From positions 211,296,001 to 211,360,000 of the forward strand of contig OZ024740.1 in assembly GCA_964016885.1 (NCBI GenBank): DNA of 64,000 nt, given 5' to 3'. Below the pieces are notes generated by a model. It saw only the letters and a program-made list of their open reading frames with translations, made no database searches and was not told the origin of the DNA. Positions 23,301 through 35,100 of this stretch are shown here, one piece after another. The stretch is from Eledone cirrhosa. Lineage: Eukaryota. Within the stretch, counting starts at the first letter, position 1. Each line of letters starts with the position of its first letter. The position numbers and the translations under genes were made by a program.

Positions 23301-26300
23301 ACAATGAAAGTCTACCATAAGTTGATAGTAGAAGGTAGCCATGATAGAAGTTTACAATGAAAGTCCCCCATAAGTTGATAGTAGAAGGTAGCCATGATAG
23401 ATGTTTACAATGAAAGTAACCAATAAAATCATAATAGAAGGTAGCCAAGATAGAAGTGTACAATGAAAGTCTCCCATAAAATGATATTAGAAGGTAGCCA
23501 TGATAGAAGTTTACAATGAAAGTCTCCCATAAAATGATAGTAGAAGGTAGCCATGATAGAAGTTTACAATGAAAGTCTCCCATAAAATGATAGTAGAAGG
23601 TAGCCATGATAGAAGTTTACGATGAAAGTCTCCCATAAGTTGATAGTGGAATGTAGCCATGATAGAAGTTTACAATGAAAGTCTCCCTTAAGTTGATAGT
23701 AGAAGGTAGCCATGATAGAAGTTTACAATGAAAGTCTCCCATAAGTTGATAGTGGAAGGTAGCCATGATAGAAGTTTACAATGAAAGTCTCCCATAAGTT
23801 GATAGTAGAACGTAGCCATGATAGAAGTTTACAATGAAAGTCTCCCATAAGTTGATAGTAGAAGGTAGCCATGATAGAAGTTTACAATGAAAGTCTCCCA
23901 TTAAAGGATAGTAGAAGGTAGCCATGATAAAAGTTTACAATGAAAGTCTACCATAAGTTGATAGTAGAAGGTAGCCATGATAGAAGTTTACAATGAAAGT
24001 CTCCCATAAGTTAATAGTAGAAGGTAGCCATGATAGAAGTTTACAATGAAAGTCTCCCATAAAATGATAGTAGAAGGTAACCATGATAGACGTTTACAAT
24101 GAAAGTCTCCCATAAGTTAATAGTAGAAGGTAGCCATGATAGAAGTTTACGATGAAAGTCTCCCATTAAATGATAGTAGAAGGTAGCCATGATAGAAGTT
24201 TACAATGAAAGTCTCTCATAAGCTGATAGTAGAAGGTAGCCATGATAGAAGTTTACAATGAAAGTCTCCCATTAAATGATAGAAGAAGGTAGCCATGATA
24301 GAAGTTTACAATGAAAGTCTCCCATAAAATGATTGTAGAAGGTAGCCATGATAGATGTTTACAATGAAAGTCTCCCATAAGTTGATAGTAGAAGGTAGCC
24401 ATGATAGAAGTTTACAATGAAAGTCTCCCATAAAATGATAGTAGAAGGTAGCCATGATAGAAGTTTACAATGAAAGTCTCCCATAAGTTGATAGTAGAAG
24501 GTAGCCATGATACAAGTTTAAAATGAATGTATCCCATAAAATAATAGTAGAAGGTAGCCATGATAGAAGTTTAAAATGAAAGTCTCCCATAAGTTGATAG
24601 TAGAAAGCAGCCATGCTAGAAGTTTACAATGAATGTCTCCCATAAAATGATAGTAGAAGGTAGTTTTGATAGAAGTTTACAATGAAAGTCTCCCATAAAA
24701 TGATTGTAGAAGGTAGCCATGATAGAAGTTTACAATGAAAGTCTCCCATAAAATGATTGTAGAAGGTAGCCATGATAGATGTTTACAATGAAAGTCTCCC
24801 ATAAGTTGATAGTAGAAGGTAGCCATGATAGAAGTTTACAATGAAAGTCTCCCATAAGTTGATAGTAGAAGGTAGCCATGATAGAAGTTTACAATGAAAG
24901 TCCCCCAGAAGTTGATAGTAGAAGGTAGCCATGATAGAAGTTTACAATGAAAGTCTCCCATAAAATAATAGTAGAAGGTAGCCATGATAGAAGTTTACAA
25001 TGAAAATCTCCCATAAAATAATAGTAGAAGGTAGCCATGATAGAAGTTTACAATGAATGACTCCTATAAAATGATAGTAGAAGGTAGACATGATAGAAGT
25101 TTACAATGAAAGTCCCCCATAAGTTGATAGTAGAAGGTAGCCATGATAGAAGTTTACAATGAAAGTCTCCCATAAAATCATAGTAGAAGGTAGCCATGAT
25201 AGAAGTTCACAATTAAAGTCTCCCATAAAATGATAGTAGAAGGTAGCCATGATAGAATTTTACAATGAAAGTGTCTCATGAGTTGATAGTAGAAGGTAGA
25301 CATGATAGAAGTTTACAATGAAAGTCCCCCATAAGTTGATAGTAGAAGGTAGCCATGATAGAAGTTTACAATGAAAGTCCCCCAGAAGTTGATAGTAGAA
25401 GGTAGCCATGATAGAAGTTTACAATGAAAGTTTCCCATAAAATAATAGTAGAAGGTAGCCATGATAGAAGTTTACAATGAAAGTCTCCCATAAGTTGATA
25501 GCAGAAGGTAGCCATGATAGAAGTTTACAATGAAAGTCTCCCATAAAATCATAGTAGGAGGTAGCCATGATAGAGGTTCACAATTAAAGTCTCCCGTAAG
25601 TTGATAGTAGAAGGTAGCCATGATAGAAGTTTACAATGAAAGTCTCCCATAAGTTAATAGTAGAAGGTAGCCATGATAGAAGTTTACAATGAAAGACTCC
25701 CATAAGTTTATAGTAGATGGTAGCCATGATAGAAGTTTACAATGAATGTCTCTCATAAAATATTAGTAGAAGGTAGCCATGATAGAAGTTTACAATGAAA
25801 GTCTCCCATAAGTTGATAGTAGAAGGTAGCCATGATAGAAGTTTACAATGAAAGTCTCCCATAAGTTGATAGTAGAAGGTAGCCATGATAGAAGTTTACA
25901 ATGAAAGTCCCCCAGAAGTTGATAGTAGAAGGTAGACATGATAGAAGTTTACAATGAAAGTCTCCCATAAGTTGATAGTAGAAGGTAGCCATGATAGAAG
26001 TTTACAATGAAAGTTCCCCAGAAGTTGATAGTAGAAGGTAGCCATGATAGAAGTTTACAATGAAAGTCTCCCATAACATAATAGTAGAAGGTAGCCATGA
26101 TAGAATTTTACAATGAAAGTCTCTCATGAGTTGATAGTAGAAGGTAGACATGATAGAAGTTTACAATGAAAGTCCCCCATAAGTTGATAGTAGAAGGTAG
26201 CCATGATAGAAGTTTACAATGAAAGTCCCCCAGAAGTTGATAGTAGAAGGTAGCCATGATAGAAGTTTACAATGAAAGTCTCCCATAAAATAATAGTAGA

Positions 26301-29300
26301 AGGTAGCCATGATAGAAGTTTACAATTAAAGTCTCCCATAAAATGATAGTAGAAGGTAGCCATGATAGAAGTTTACAATGAAAGTCCCCCAGAAGTTGAT
26401 AGTAGAAGGTAGCCATGATAGAAGTTTACAATGAAAGTCTCCCATAAAATAATAGTAGAAGGTAGCCATGATAGAAGTTTACAATTAAAGTATCCCATAA
26501 AATGATAGTAGAAGGTAGCCATGATAGAAGTTTACAATTAAAGTCTCCCGTAAAATGATAGTAGAAGGTAGCCATGATAGAAGTTTACAATTAGAGTCTC
26601 CCATAAAATGATAGTAGAAGGTAGCCATGATAGAAGTTTACAATTAAAGTCTCCCATAAAATGATAGTAGAAGGTAGCCATGATAGAAGTTTAGAATGAA
26701 AGTCTCCCATAAAATGATAGTAGAAGGTAGACATGATAGAAGTTTACAATGAAAGTCTCCCATAAGTTGATGGTAGAATGTAGCCATGATAGAAGTTTAC
26801 AATGAAAATCTCCCATAAAATGAGAGTAGAAGGTAGCCATGATACAAGTTTACAATGAAAGTCTCCCATAAGTTGATAGTAGAATGTAGCCATAATAGAA
26901 GTTTACAATGAAAGTCTCCCATAAAATGATAGTAGAAGGTAGCGATGATAGAAGTTTACAATGAATGTCTCCCATAAAATAATAGTAGAAGGTAGCCATG
27001 ATAGAAGTTTAAAATGAAAGTCTCCCATAAGTTGATAGTGGAAGGTAGCCATGATAGAAGTTTACAATGAAAGTCTCCCATAAGTTGATAGCAGAAGGTA
27101 GCCATGATAGAAGTTTACAATGAATGTCTCCCATAAAATAATAGTAGAAGGTAGCCATGATAGAAGTTTAAAATGAAAGTCTCCCATAAGTTGATAGTAG
27201 AAAGCAGCCATGATAGAAGTTTACAATGAATGTCTCCCATAAAATGATAGTAGAAGGTAGCCATGATAGAAGTTTACAATGAAAGTCTCCCATAAAATGA
27301 TAGTAGAAGGTAGCCATGATAGAAGTTTACAATGAAAGTCTCCCATAAAATGATAGTAGAAGGTAGCCATGATAGAGGTTTACAATGAAAGTCCCCCATA
27401 AGTTGATAGTAGAAGGTAGCCATGATAGAAGTTTACAATGAAAGTCTCCCATAAGGTGATAGTAGAAGGTAGCCATGATAGAAGTTTACAATGAAAGTCT
27501 CCCATAAGTTGATAGTAGAAGGTAGCCATGATAGAAGTTTACAATGAAAGTCTCCCATAAGTTGATAGTAGAAGGTAGCCATGATAGAAGTTTACAATGA
27601 AAGTCTCCCATTAAAGGATAGTAGAAGGTAGCCATGATAGAAGTTTACAATGAAAGTCTACCATAAGTTGATAGTAGAAGGTAGCCATGATAGAAGTTTA
27701 CAATGAAAGTCCCCCATAAGTTGATAGTAGAAGGTAGCCATGATAGATGTTTACAATGAAAGTAACCAATAAAATCCTAATAGAAGGTAGCCAAGATAGA
27801 AGTGTACAATGAAAGTCTCCCATAAAATGATAGTAGAAGGTAGCCATGATAGAAGTTTACAATGAAAGTCTCCCATAAAATGATAGTAGAAGGTAGCCAT
27901 GATAGAAGTTTACAATGAAAGTCTCCCATAAAATGATAGTAGAAGGTAGCCATGATAGAAGTTTACGATGAAAGTCTCCCATAAGTTGATAGTGGAATGT
28001 AGCCATGATAGAAGTTTACAATGAAAGTCTCCCTTAAGTTGATAGTAGAAGGTAGCCATGATAGAAGTTTACAATGAAAGTCTCCCATAAGTTGATAGTG
28101 GAAGGTAGCCATGATAGAAGTTTACAATGAAAGTCTCCCATAAGTTGATAGTAGAAGGTAGCCATGATAGAAGTTTACAATGAAAGTCCCCCAGAAGTTG
28201 ATAGTAGAAGGTAGCCATGATAGAAGTTTACAATGAAAGTCTCCCATAAAATAATAGTAGAAGGTAGCCATGATAGAAGTTTACAATGAAAATCTCCCAT
28301 AAAATAATAGTAGAAGGTAGCCATGATAGAAGTTTACAATGAATGACTCCTATAAAATGATAGTAGAAGGTAGACATGATAGAAGTTTACAATGAAAGTC
28401 CCCCATAAGTTGATAGTAGAAGGTAGCCATGATAGAAGTTTACAATGAAAGTCTCCCATAAAATCATAGTAGAAGGTAGCCATGATAGAAGTTCACAATT
28501 AAAGTCTCCCATAAAATGATAGTAGAAGGTAGCCATGATAGAATTTTACAATGAAAGTGTCTCATGAGTTGATAGTAGAAGGTAGACATGATAGAAGTTT
28601 ACAATGAAAGTCCCCCATAAGTTGATAGTAGAAGGTAGCCATGATAGAAGTTTACAATGAAAGTCCCCCAGAAGTTGATAGTAGAAGGTAGCCATGATAG
28701 AAGTTTACAATGAAAGTTTCCCATAAAATAATAGTAGAAGGTAGCCATGATAGAAGTTTACAATGAAAGTCTCCCATAAGTTGATAGCAGAAGGTAGCCA
28801 TGATAGAAGTTTACAATGAAAGTCTCCCATAAAATCATAGTAGGAGGTAGCCATGATAGAGGTTCACAATTAAAGTCTCCCGTAAGTTGATAGTAGAAGG
28901 TAGCCATGATAGAAGTTTACAATGAAAGTCTCCCATAAGTTAATAGTAGAAGGTAGCCATGATAGAAGTTTACAATGAAAGACTCCCATAAGTTTATAGT
29001 AGATGGTAGCCATGATAGAAGTTTACAATGAATGTCTCTCATAAAATATTAGTAGAAGGTAGCCATGATAGAAGTTTACAATGAAAGTCTCCCATAAGTT
29101 GATAGTAGAAGGTAGCCATGATAGAAGTTTACAATGAAAGTCTCCCATAAGTTGATAGTAGAAGGTAGCCATGATAGAAGTTTACAATGAAAGTCCCCCA
29201 GAAGTTGATAGTAGAAGGTAGACATGATAGAAGTTTACAATGAAAGTCTCCCATAAGTTGATAGTAGAAGGTAGCCATGATAGAAGTTTACAATGAAAGT

Positions 29301-32100
29301 TCCCCAGAAGTTGATAGTAGAAGGTAGCCATGATAGAAGTTTACAATGAAAGTCTCCCATAACATAATAGTAGAAGGTAGCCATGATAGAATTTTACAAT
29401 GAAAGTCTCTCATGAGTTGATAGTAGAAGGTAGACATGATAGAAGTTTACAATGAAAGTCCCCCATAAGTTGATAGTAGAAGGTAGCCATGATAGAAGTT
29501 TACAATGAAAGTCCCCCAGAAGTTGATAGTAGAAGGTAGCCATGATAGAAGTTTACAATGAAAGTCTCCCATAAAATAATAGTAGAAGGTAGCCATGATA
29601 GAAGTTTACAATTAAAGTCTCCCATAAAATGATAGTAGAAGGTAGCCATGATAGAAGTTTACAATGAAAGTCCCCCAGAAGTTGATAGTAGAAGGTAGCC
29701 ATGATAGAAGTTTACAATGAAAGTCTCCCATAAAATAATAGTAGAAGGTAGCCATGATAGAAGTTTACAATTAAAGTATCCCATAAAATGATAGTAGAAG
29801 GTAGCCATGATAGAAGTTTACAATTAAAGTCTCCCGTAAAATGATAGTAGAAGGTAGCCATGATAGAAGTTTACAATTAGAGTCTCCCATAAAATGATAG
29901 TAGAAGGTAGCCATGATAGAAGTTTACAATTAAAGTCTCCCATAAAATGATAGTAGAAGGTAGCCATGATAGAAGTTTAGAATGAAAGTCTCCCATAAAA
30001 TGATAGTAGAAGGTAGACATGATAGAAGTTTACAATGAAAGTCTCCCATAAGTTGATGGTAGAATGTAGCCATGATAGAAGTTTACAATGAAAATCTCCC
30101 ATAAAATGAGAGTAGAAGGTAGCCATGATACAAGTTTACAATGAAAGTCTCCCATAAGTTGATAGTAGAATGTAGCCATAATAGAAGTTTACAATGAAAG
30201 TCTCCCATAAAATGATAGTAGAAGGTAGCGATGATAGAAGTTTACAATGAATGTCTCCCATAAAATAATAGTAGAAGGTAGCCATGATAGAAGTTTAAAA
30301 TGAAAGTCTCCCATAAGTTGATAGTGGAAGGTAGCCATGATAGAAGTTTACAATGAAAGTCTCCCATAAGTTGATAGCAGAAGGTAGCCATGATAGAAGT
30401 TTACAATGAATGTCTCCCATAAAATAATAGTAGAAGGTAGCCATGATAGAAGTTTAAAATGAAAGTCTCCCATAAGTTGATAGTAGAAAGCAGCCATGAT
30501 AGAAGTTTACAATGAATGTCTCCCATAAAATGATAGTAGAAGGTAGCCATGATAGAAGTTTACAATGAAAGTCTCCCATAAAATGATAGTAGAAGGTAGC
30601 CATGATAGAAGTTTACAATGAAAGTCTCCCATAAAATGATAGTAGAAGGTAGCCATGATAGAGGTTTACAATGAAAGTCCCCCATAAGTTGATAGTAGAA
30701 GGTAGCCATGATAGAAGTTTACAATGAAAGTCTCCCATAAGGTGATAGTAGAAGGTAGCCATGATAGAAGTTTACAATGAAAGTCTCCCATAAGTTGATA
30801 GTAGAAGGTAGCCATGATAGAAGTTTACAATGAAAGTCTCCCATAAGTTGATAGTAGAAGGTAGCCATGATAGAAGTTTACAATGAAAGTCTCCCATTAA
30901 AGGATAGTAGAAGGTAGCCATGATAGAAGTTTACAATGAAAGTCTACCATAAGTTGATAGTAGAAGGTAGCCATGATAGAAGTTTACAATGAAAGTCCCC
31001 CATAAGTTGATAGTAGAAGGTAGCCATGATAGATGTTTACAATGAAAGTAACCAATAAAATCCTAATAGAAGGTAGCCAAGATAGAAGTGTACAATGAAA
31101 GTCTCCCATAAAATGATAGTAGAAGGTAGCCATGATAGAAGTTTACAATGAAAGTCTCCCATAAAATGATAGTAGAAGGTAGCCATGATAGAAGTTTACA
31201 ATGAAAGTCTCCCATAAAATGATAGTAGAAGGTAGCCATGATAGAAGTTTACGATGAAAGTCTCCCATAAGTTGATAGTGGAATGTAGCCATGATAGAAG
31301 TTTACAATGAAAGTCTCCCTTAAGTTGATAGTAGAAGGTAGCCATGATAGAAGTTTACAATGAAAGTCTCCCATAAGTTGATAGTGGAAGGTAGCCATGA
31401 TAGAAGTTTACAATGAAAGTCTCCCATAAGTTGATAGTAGAACGTAGCCATGATAGAAGTTTACAATGAAAGTCTCCCATAAGTTGATAGTAGAAGGTAG
31501 CCATGATAGAAGTTTACAATGAAAGTCTCCCATAAGTTAATAGTAGAAGGTAGTCATGATAGAAGTTTACGATGAAAGTCTCCCATTAAATGATAGTAGA
31601 AGGTAGCCATGATAGAAGTTTACAATGAAAGTCTCTCATAAGCTGATAGTAGAAGGTAGCCATGATAGAAGTTTACAATGAAAGTCTCCCATTAAATGAT
31701 AGAAGAAGGTAGCCATGATAGAAGTTTACAATGAAAGTCTCCCATAAAATGATTGTAGAAGGTAGCCATGATAGATGTTTACAATGAAAGTCTCCCATAA
31801 GTTGATAGTAGAAGGTAGCCATGATAGAAGTTTACAATGAAAGTCTCCCATAAAATGATAGTAGAAGGTAGCCATGATAGAAGTTTACAATGAAAGTCTC
31901 CCATAAGTTGATAGTAGAAGGTAGCCATGATACAAGTTTAAAATGAATGTATCCCATAAAATAATAGTAGAAGGTAGCTATGATAGAAGTTTAAAATGAA
32001 AGTCTCCCATAAGTTGATAGTAGAAAGCAGCCATGCTAGAAGTTTACAATGAATGTCTCCCATAAAATGATAGTAGAAGGTAGTCTTGATAGAAGTTTAC
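20300..32100. repeat. Array sub-domain B (approximate boundaries); no length-variant monomers
   Basis: Variants seen only here: AAAGTAACCAATAAAATC, CCATTAAAGGATAG, GTTTAGAATG, TAGTAGGAGG, AAGGTGATAG, CATAACATAAT. The ~9-monomer cassette of domains A and C is absent. Confidence 0.75.
24861..31432. repeat. Near-identical tandem duplication of a 62-monomer (3286 bp) block: 24861-28146 and 28147-31432
   Basis: Rare variants recur at an offset of exactly 3286 bp: TCCCCCAGAA at 24901/28187, GACTCCTATAAA at 25059/28345, AGTAACCAAT at 27761/31047, TAGTGGAAGG at ~28100/~31386. Confidence 0.9.
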
Positions 32101-35100
32101 AATGAAAGTCTCCCATAAAATGATAGTAGAAGGTAGCCATGATAGAAGTTTACAATGAAAGACCACATAAGTTGATAGTAGAAAGTAGCCATGCTAGAAG
32201 TTTACAATGAATGCCTCCCATAAGTTGATAGTAGAAGGTAGTCTTGATAGAAGTTTACAATGAAAGTCTCCCATAAGCTGATAGTAGAAGGTAGCCATGA
32301 TAGAAGTTTACAATGAAAGTCTCCCATAAAATGATAGTAGAAGGTAGCCATGATAGAAGTTTACAATGAAAGTCTCCCATAAAATGATAGTAGAAGGTAG
32401 CCATGATAGAAGTTTACAATGAAAGTCTACCATAAGTTGATAGTAGAAGGTAGCCATGATAGAAGTTTACAATGAAAGTCTCCCATAAAATGATAGTAGA
32501 AGGTAGCCATGATAGAAGTTTATAATGAAAGTCTCCCATAAGTTGATAGTAGAAGGTAGCCATGATAGAAGTTTACAATTAAAGTCTCTCATAAAATAAT
32601 AGTAGAAGGTAGCCATGATAGAAGTTTACAATTAAAGTCTCTCATAAAATAATAGTAGAAGGTAGCCATGATAGAAGTTTACAATGAAAGTCTCACATAA
32701 GTTGATAGTAGAAGGTAGCCATGATAGAAGTTTACAATGAAAGTCTCCCATAAAATGATAGTAGAAGGTGGCCATGATAGAAGTTTACAATGAAAGTCTC
32801 CCATAAAATGATAGTAGAAGGTGGCCATGATAGAAGTTTACAATGAAAGTCCCCCATAAGTTGATAGTAGAAGGTAGCCATGATAGAAGTTTACAATGAA
32901 AGTCTCCCATTAAATGATAGTAGAAGGTAGCCATGATAGAAGTTTACAATTAAAGACTCCCATAAAATGATAGTAGAAGCTAGCCATGATAGAAGTTTAC
33001 AATAAAAGTCTCCGATAAGTTATTAGTAGAAGGTAGCCATGATAGAAGTTTACAATGAAAGTCTCCCATAAGTTGATAGTAGAAGGTAGTCTTGATAGAA
33101 GTTTACGATGAAAGTCTCCCATAAATTGAGAGTAGAAGGTAGCCATGAGAGAAGTTTACAATGAAAGTCTCCCATAAGTTGATAGTAGAAGGTAGCCATG
33201 ATAGAAGTTTACAATGAATGCCTCCCATAAGTTGATAGTAGAAGTTAGCCATGATAGAAGTTTACAATGAAAGTCTCCCATAAGCTGATAGTAGAAGGTA
33301 GTGATGATAGAAGTTTACAATGAAAGTCTCCCATAAATTGAGAGTAGAAGGTAGCCATGATAGAAGTTTACAATGAAAGTCTCCGATAAGTTGATAGTAG
33401 AAGGTAGCCATGATAGAAGTTTACAATGAAAGTCTACCATAAGTTGATAGTAGAAGGTAGCCATGATAGAAGTTTACAATGAAACACTCCCATAAAATGA
33501 TAGTAGAAGGTAGCCATGATAGAAGTTTACAATGAATGTCTCTCATGAAATAATAGTAGAAGGTAGTCATGATAGAAGTTTACAATGAAAGTCTCTCATA
33601 AGTTGATAGTAGAAAGTAGCCATGATAGAAGTTTACAATGAAAGTCTCCCATAAGTTGATAGCAGAAGGTAGCCATGATAGAAGTTTACAATGAAAATCT
33701 CCCATAAATTGATAGTAGAAGGTAGCCATGATAGAAGTTTACAATGAAAGTCTCCCATAAGTTGATAGTAGAAGGTAGCCATGGTAGAAGTTTAAAATGA
33801 AAGTCTCCCTTAAAATGATAGTAGAAGGTAGCCATGGTAGAAGTTTACAATGAAAGTCTCCCATAAGCTGATAGTAGAAGATAGCGATGATAGAAGTTTA
33901 CAATGAAAGTCTCCTATAAATTGATAGTAGAAGGTAGCCATGATAGAAGTTTACAATGAAAGTCTCCCATAAGTTGGTAGTAGAAGGTAGCCATGATTGA
34001 AGTTTACAATGAAAGTCTCCCATAAGTTGGTAGTAGAAGGTAGCCATGATTGATGTTTACAATGAAAGTCTCCCATAAGTTGGTAGTAGAAGGTAGCCAT
34101 GATAGAAGTTTACAATGAATGCCTCCCATAAAATAATAGTAGAATGTAGCCATGATAGAAGTTTACAATCAAAGTCTCCCATAAGTTAATAGTAGAAGCT
34201 AGCCATGGTAGAAGTTTACAATGAAAGTCTACCATAAGTTGATAGTAGAAGGTTTCCATGATAGAAGTTTACAATGAAAGTCCCCCATAAGTTGATAGTA
34301 GAAGGTAGCCATGATAGAAGTTTACAATAAATGTCTCCCATAAAATGATAGTAGAAGGTAGCCATGATAGAAGTTTACAATGAAAGTCTCCCATAAAATG
34401 ATAGTAGAAGGTAGCAATGATAGAAGTTTACAATGAAAGTCTCCCATAAGTTGATAGTAGAAGGTAGCCATTATAGAAGTTTACAATGAATGTCTCCCAT
34501 AAAATAATAGTAGAAGGTAGCCATGATAGAAGTTTACAATGAAAGTCTCCCATAAGTTAATAGTAGAAGGTAGCCATGATAGAAGTTTACAATGAAAGTC
34601 TCCCATATGTTGATAGCAGAAGGTAGCGATGATAGAAGTTTACAATGAATGTCTCTCATAAAATATTAGTAGAAGGTAGCCATGATAGAAGTTTACAATG
34701 AAAGTCTCCCATAAGTTGATAGTAGAAGGTAGCCATGATAGAAGTTTACAATGAAAGTCTCCCATATGTTGATAGTAGAAGGTAGCCATGATAGAAGTTT
34801 ACAATGAAAGTCTCCCATAAGTTGATAGTAGAAGGTAGCGATGATAGAAGTTTACAATGAATGTCTCTCATAAAATAATAGTAGAAGGTAGCCATGATAG
34901 AAGTTTACAATGAAAGTCTCCCATAAGTTAATAGTAGAAGGTAGCCATGATAGAAGTTTACAATGAAAGTCTCCCATAAGTTAATAGTAGAAGGTAGCCA
35001 TGATAGAAGTTTACAATGAAAGTCTCCCATAAAATGATAGTAGAAGGTAGCCATGATAGAAGTTTACAATGAAAGTCTCCCATAAGTTGATAGTAGAAGG

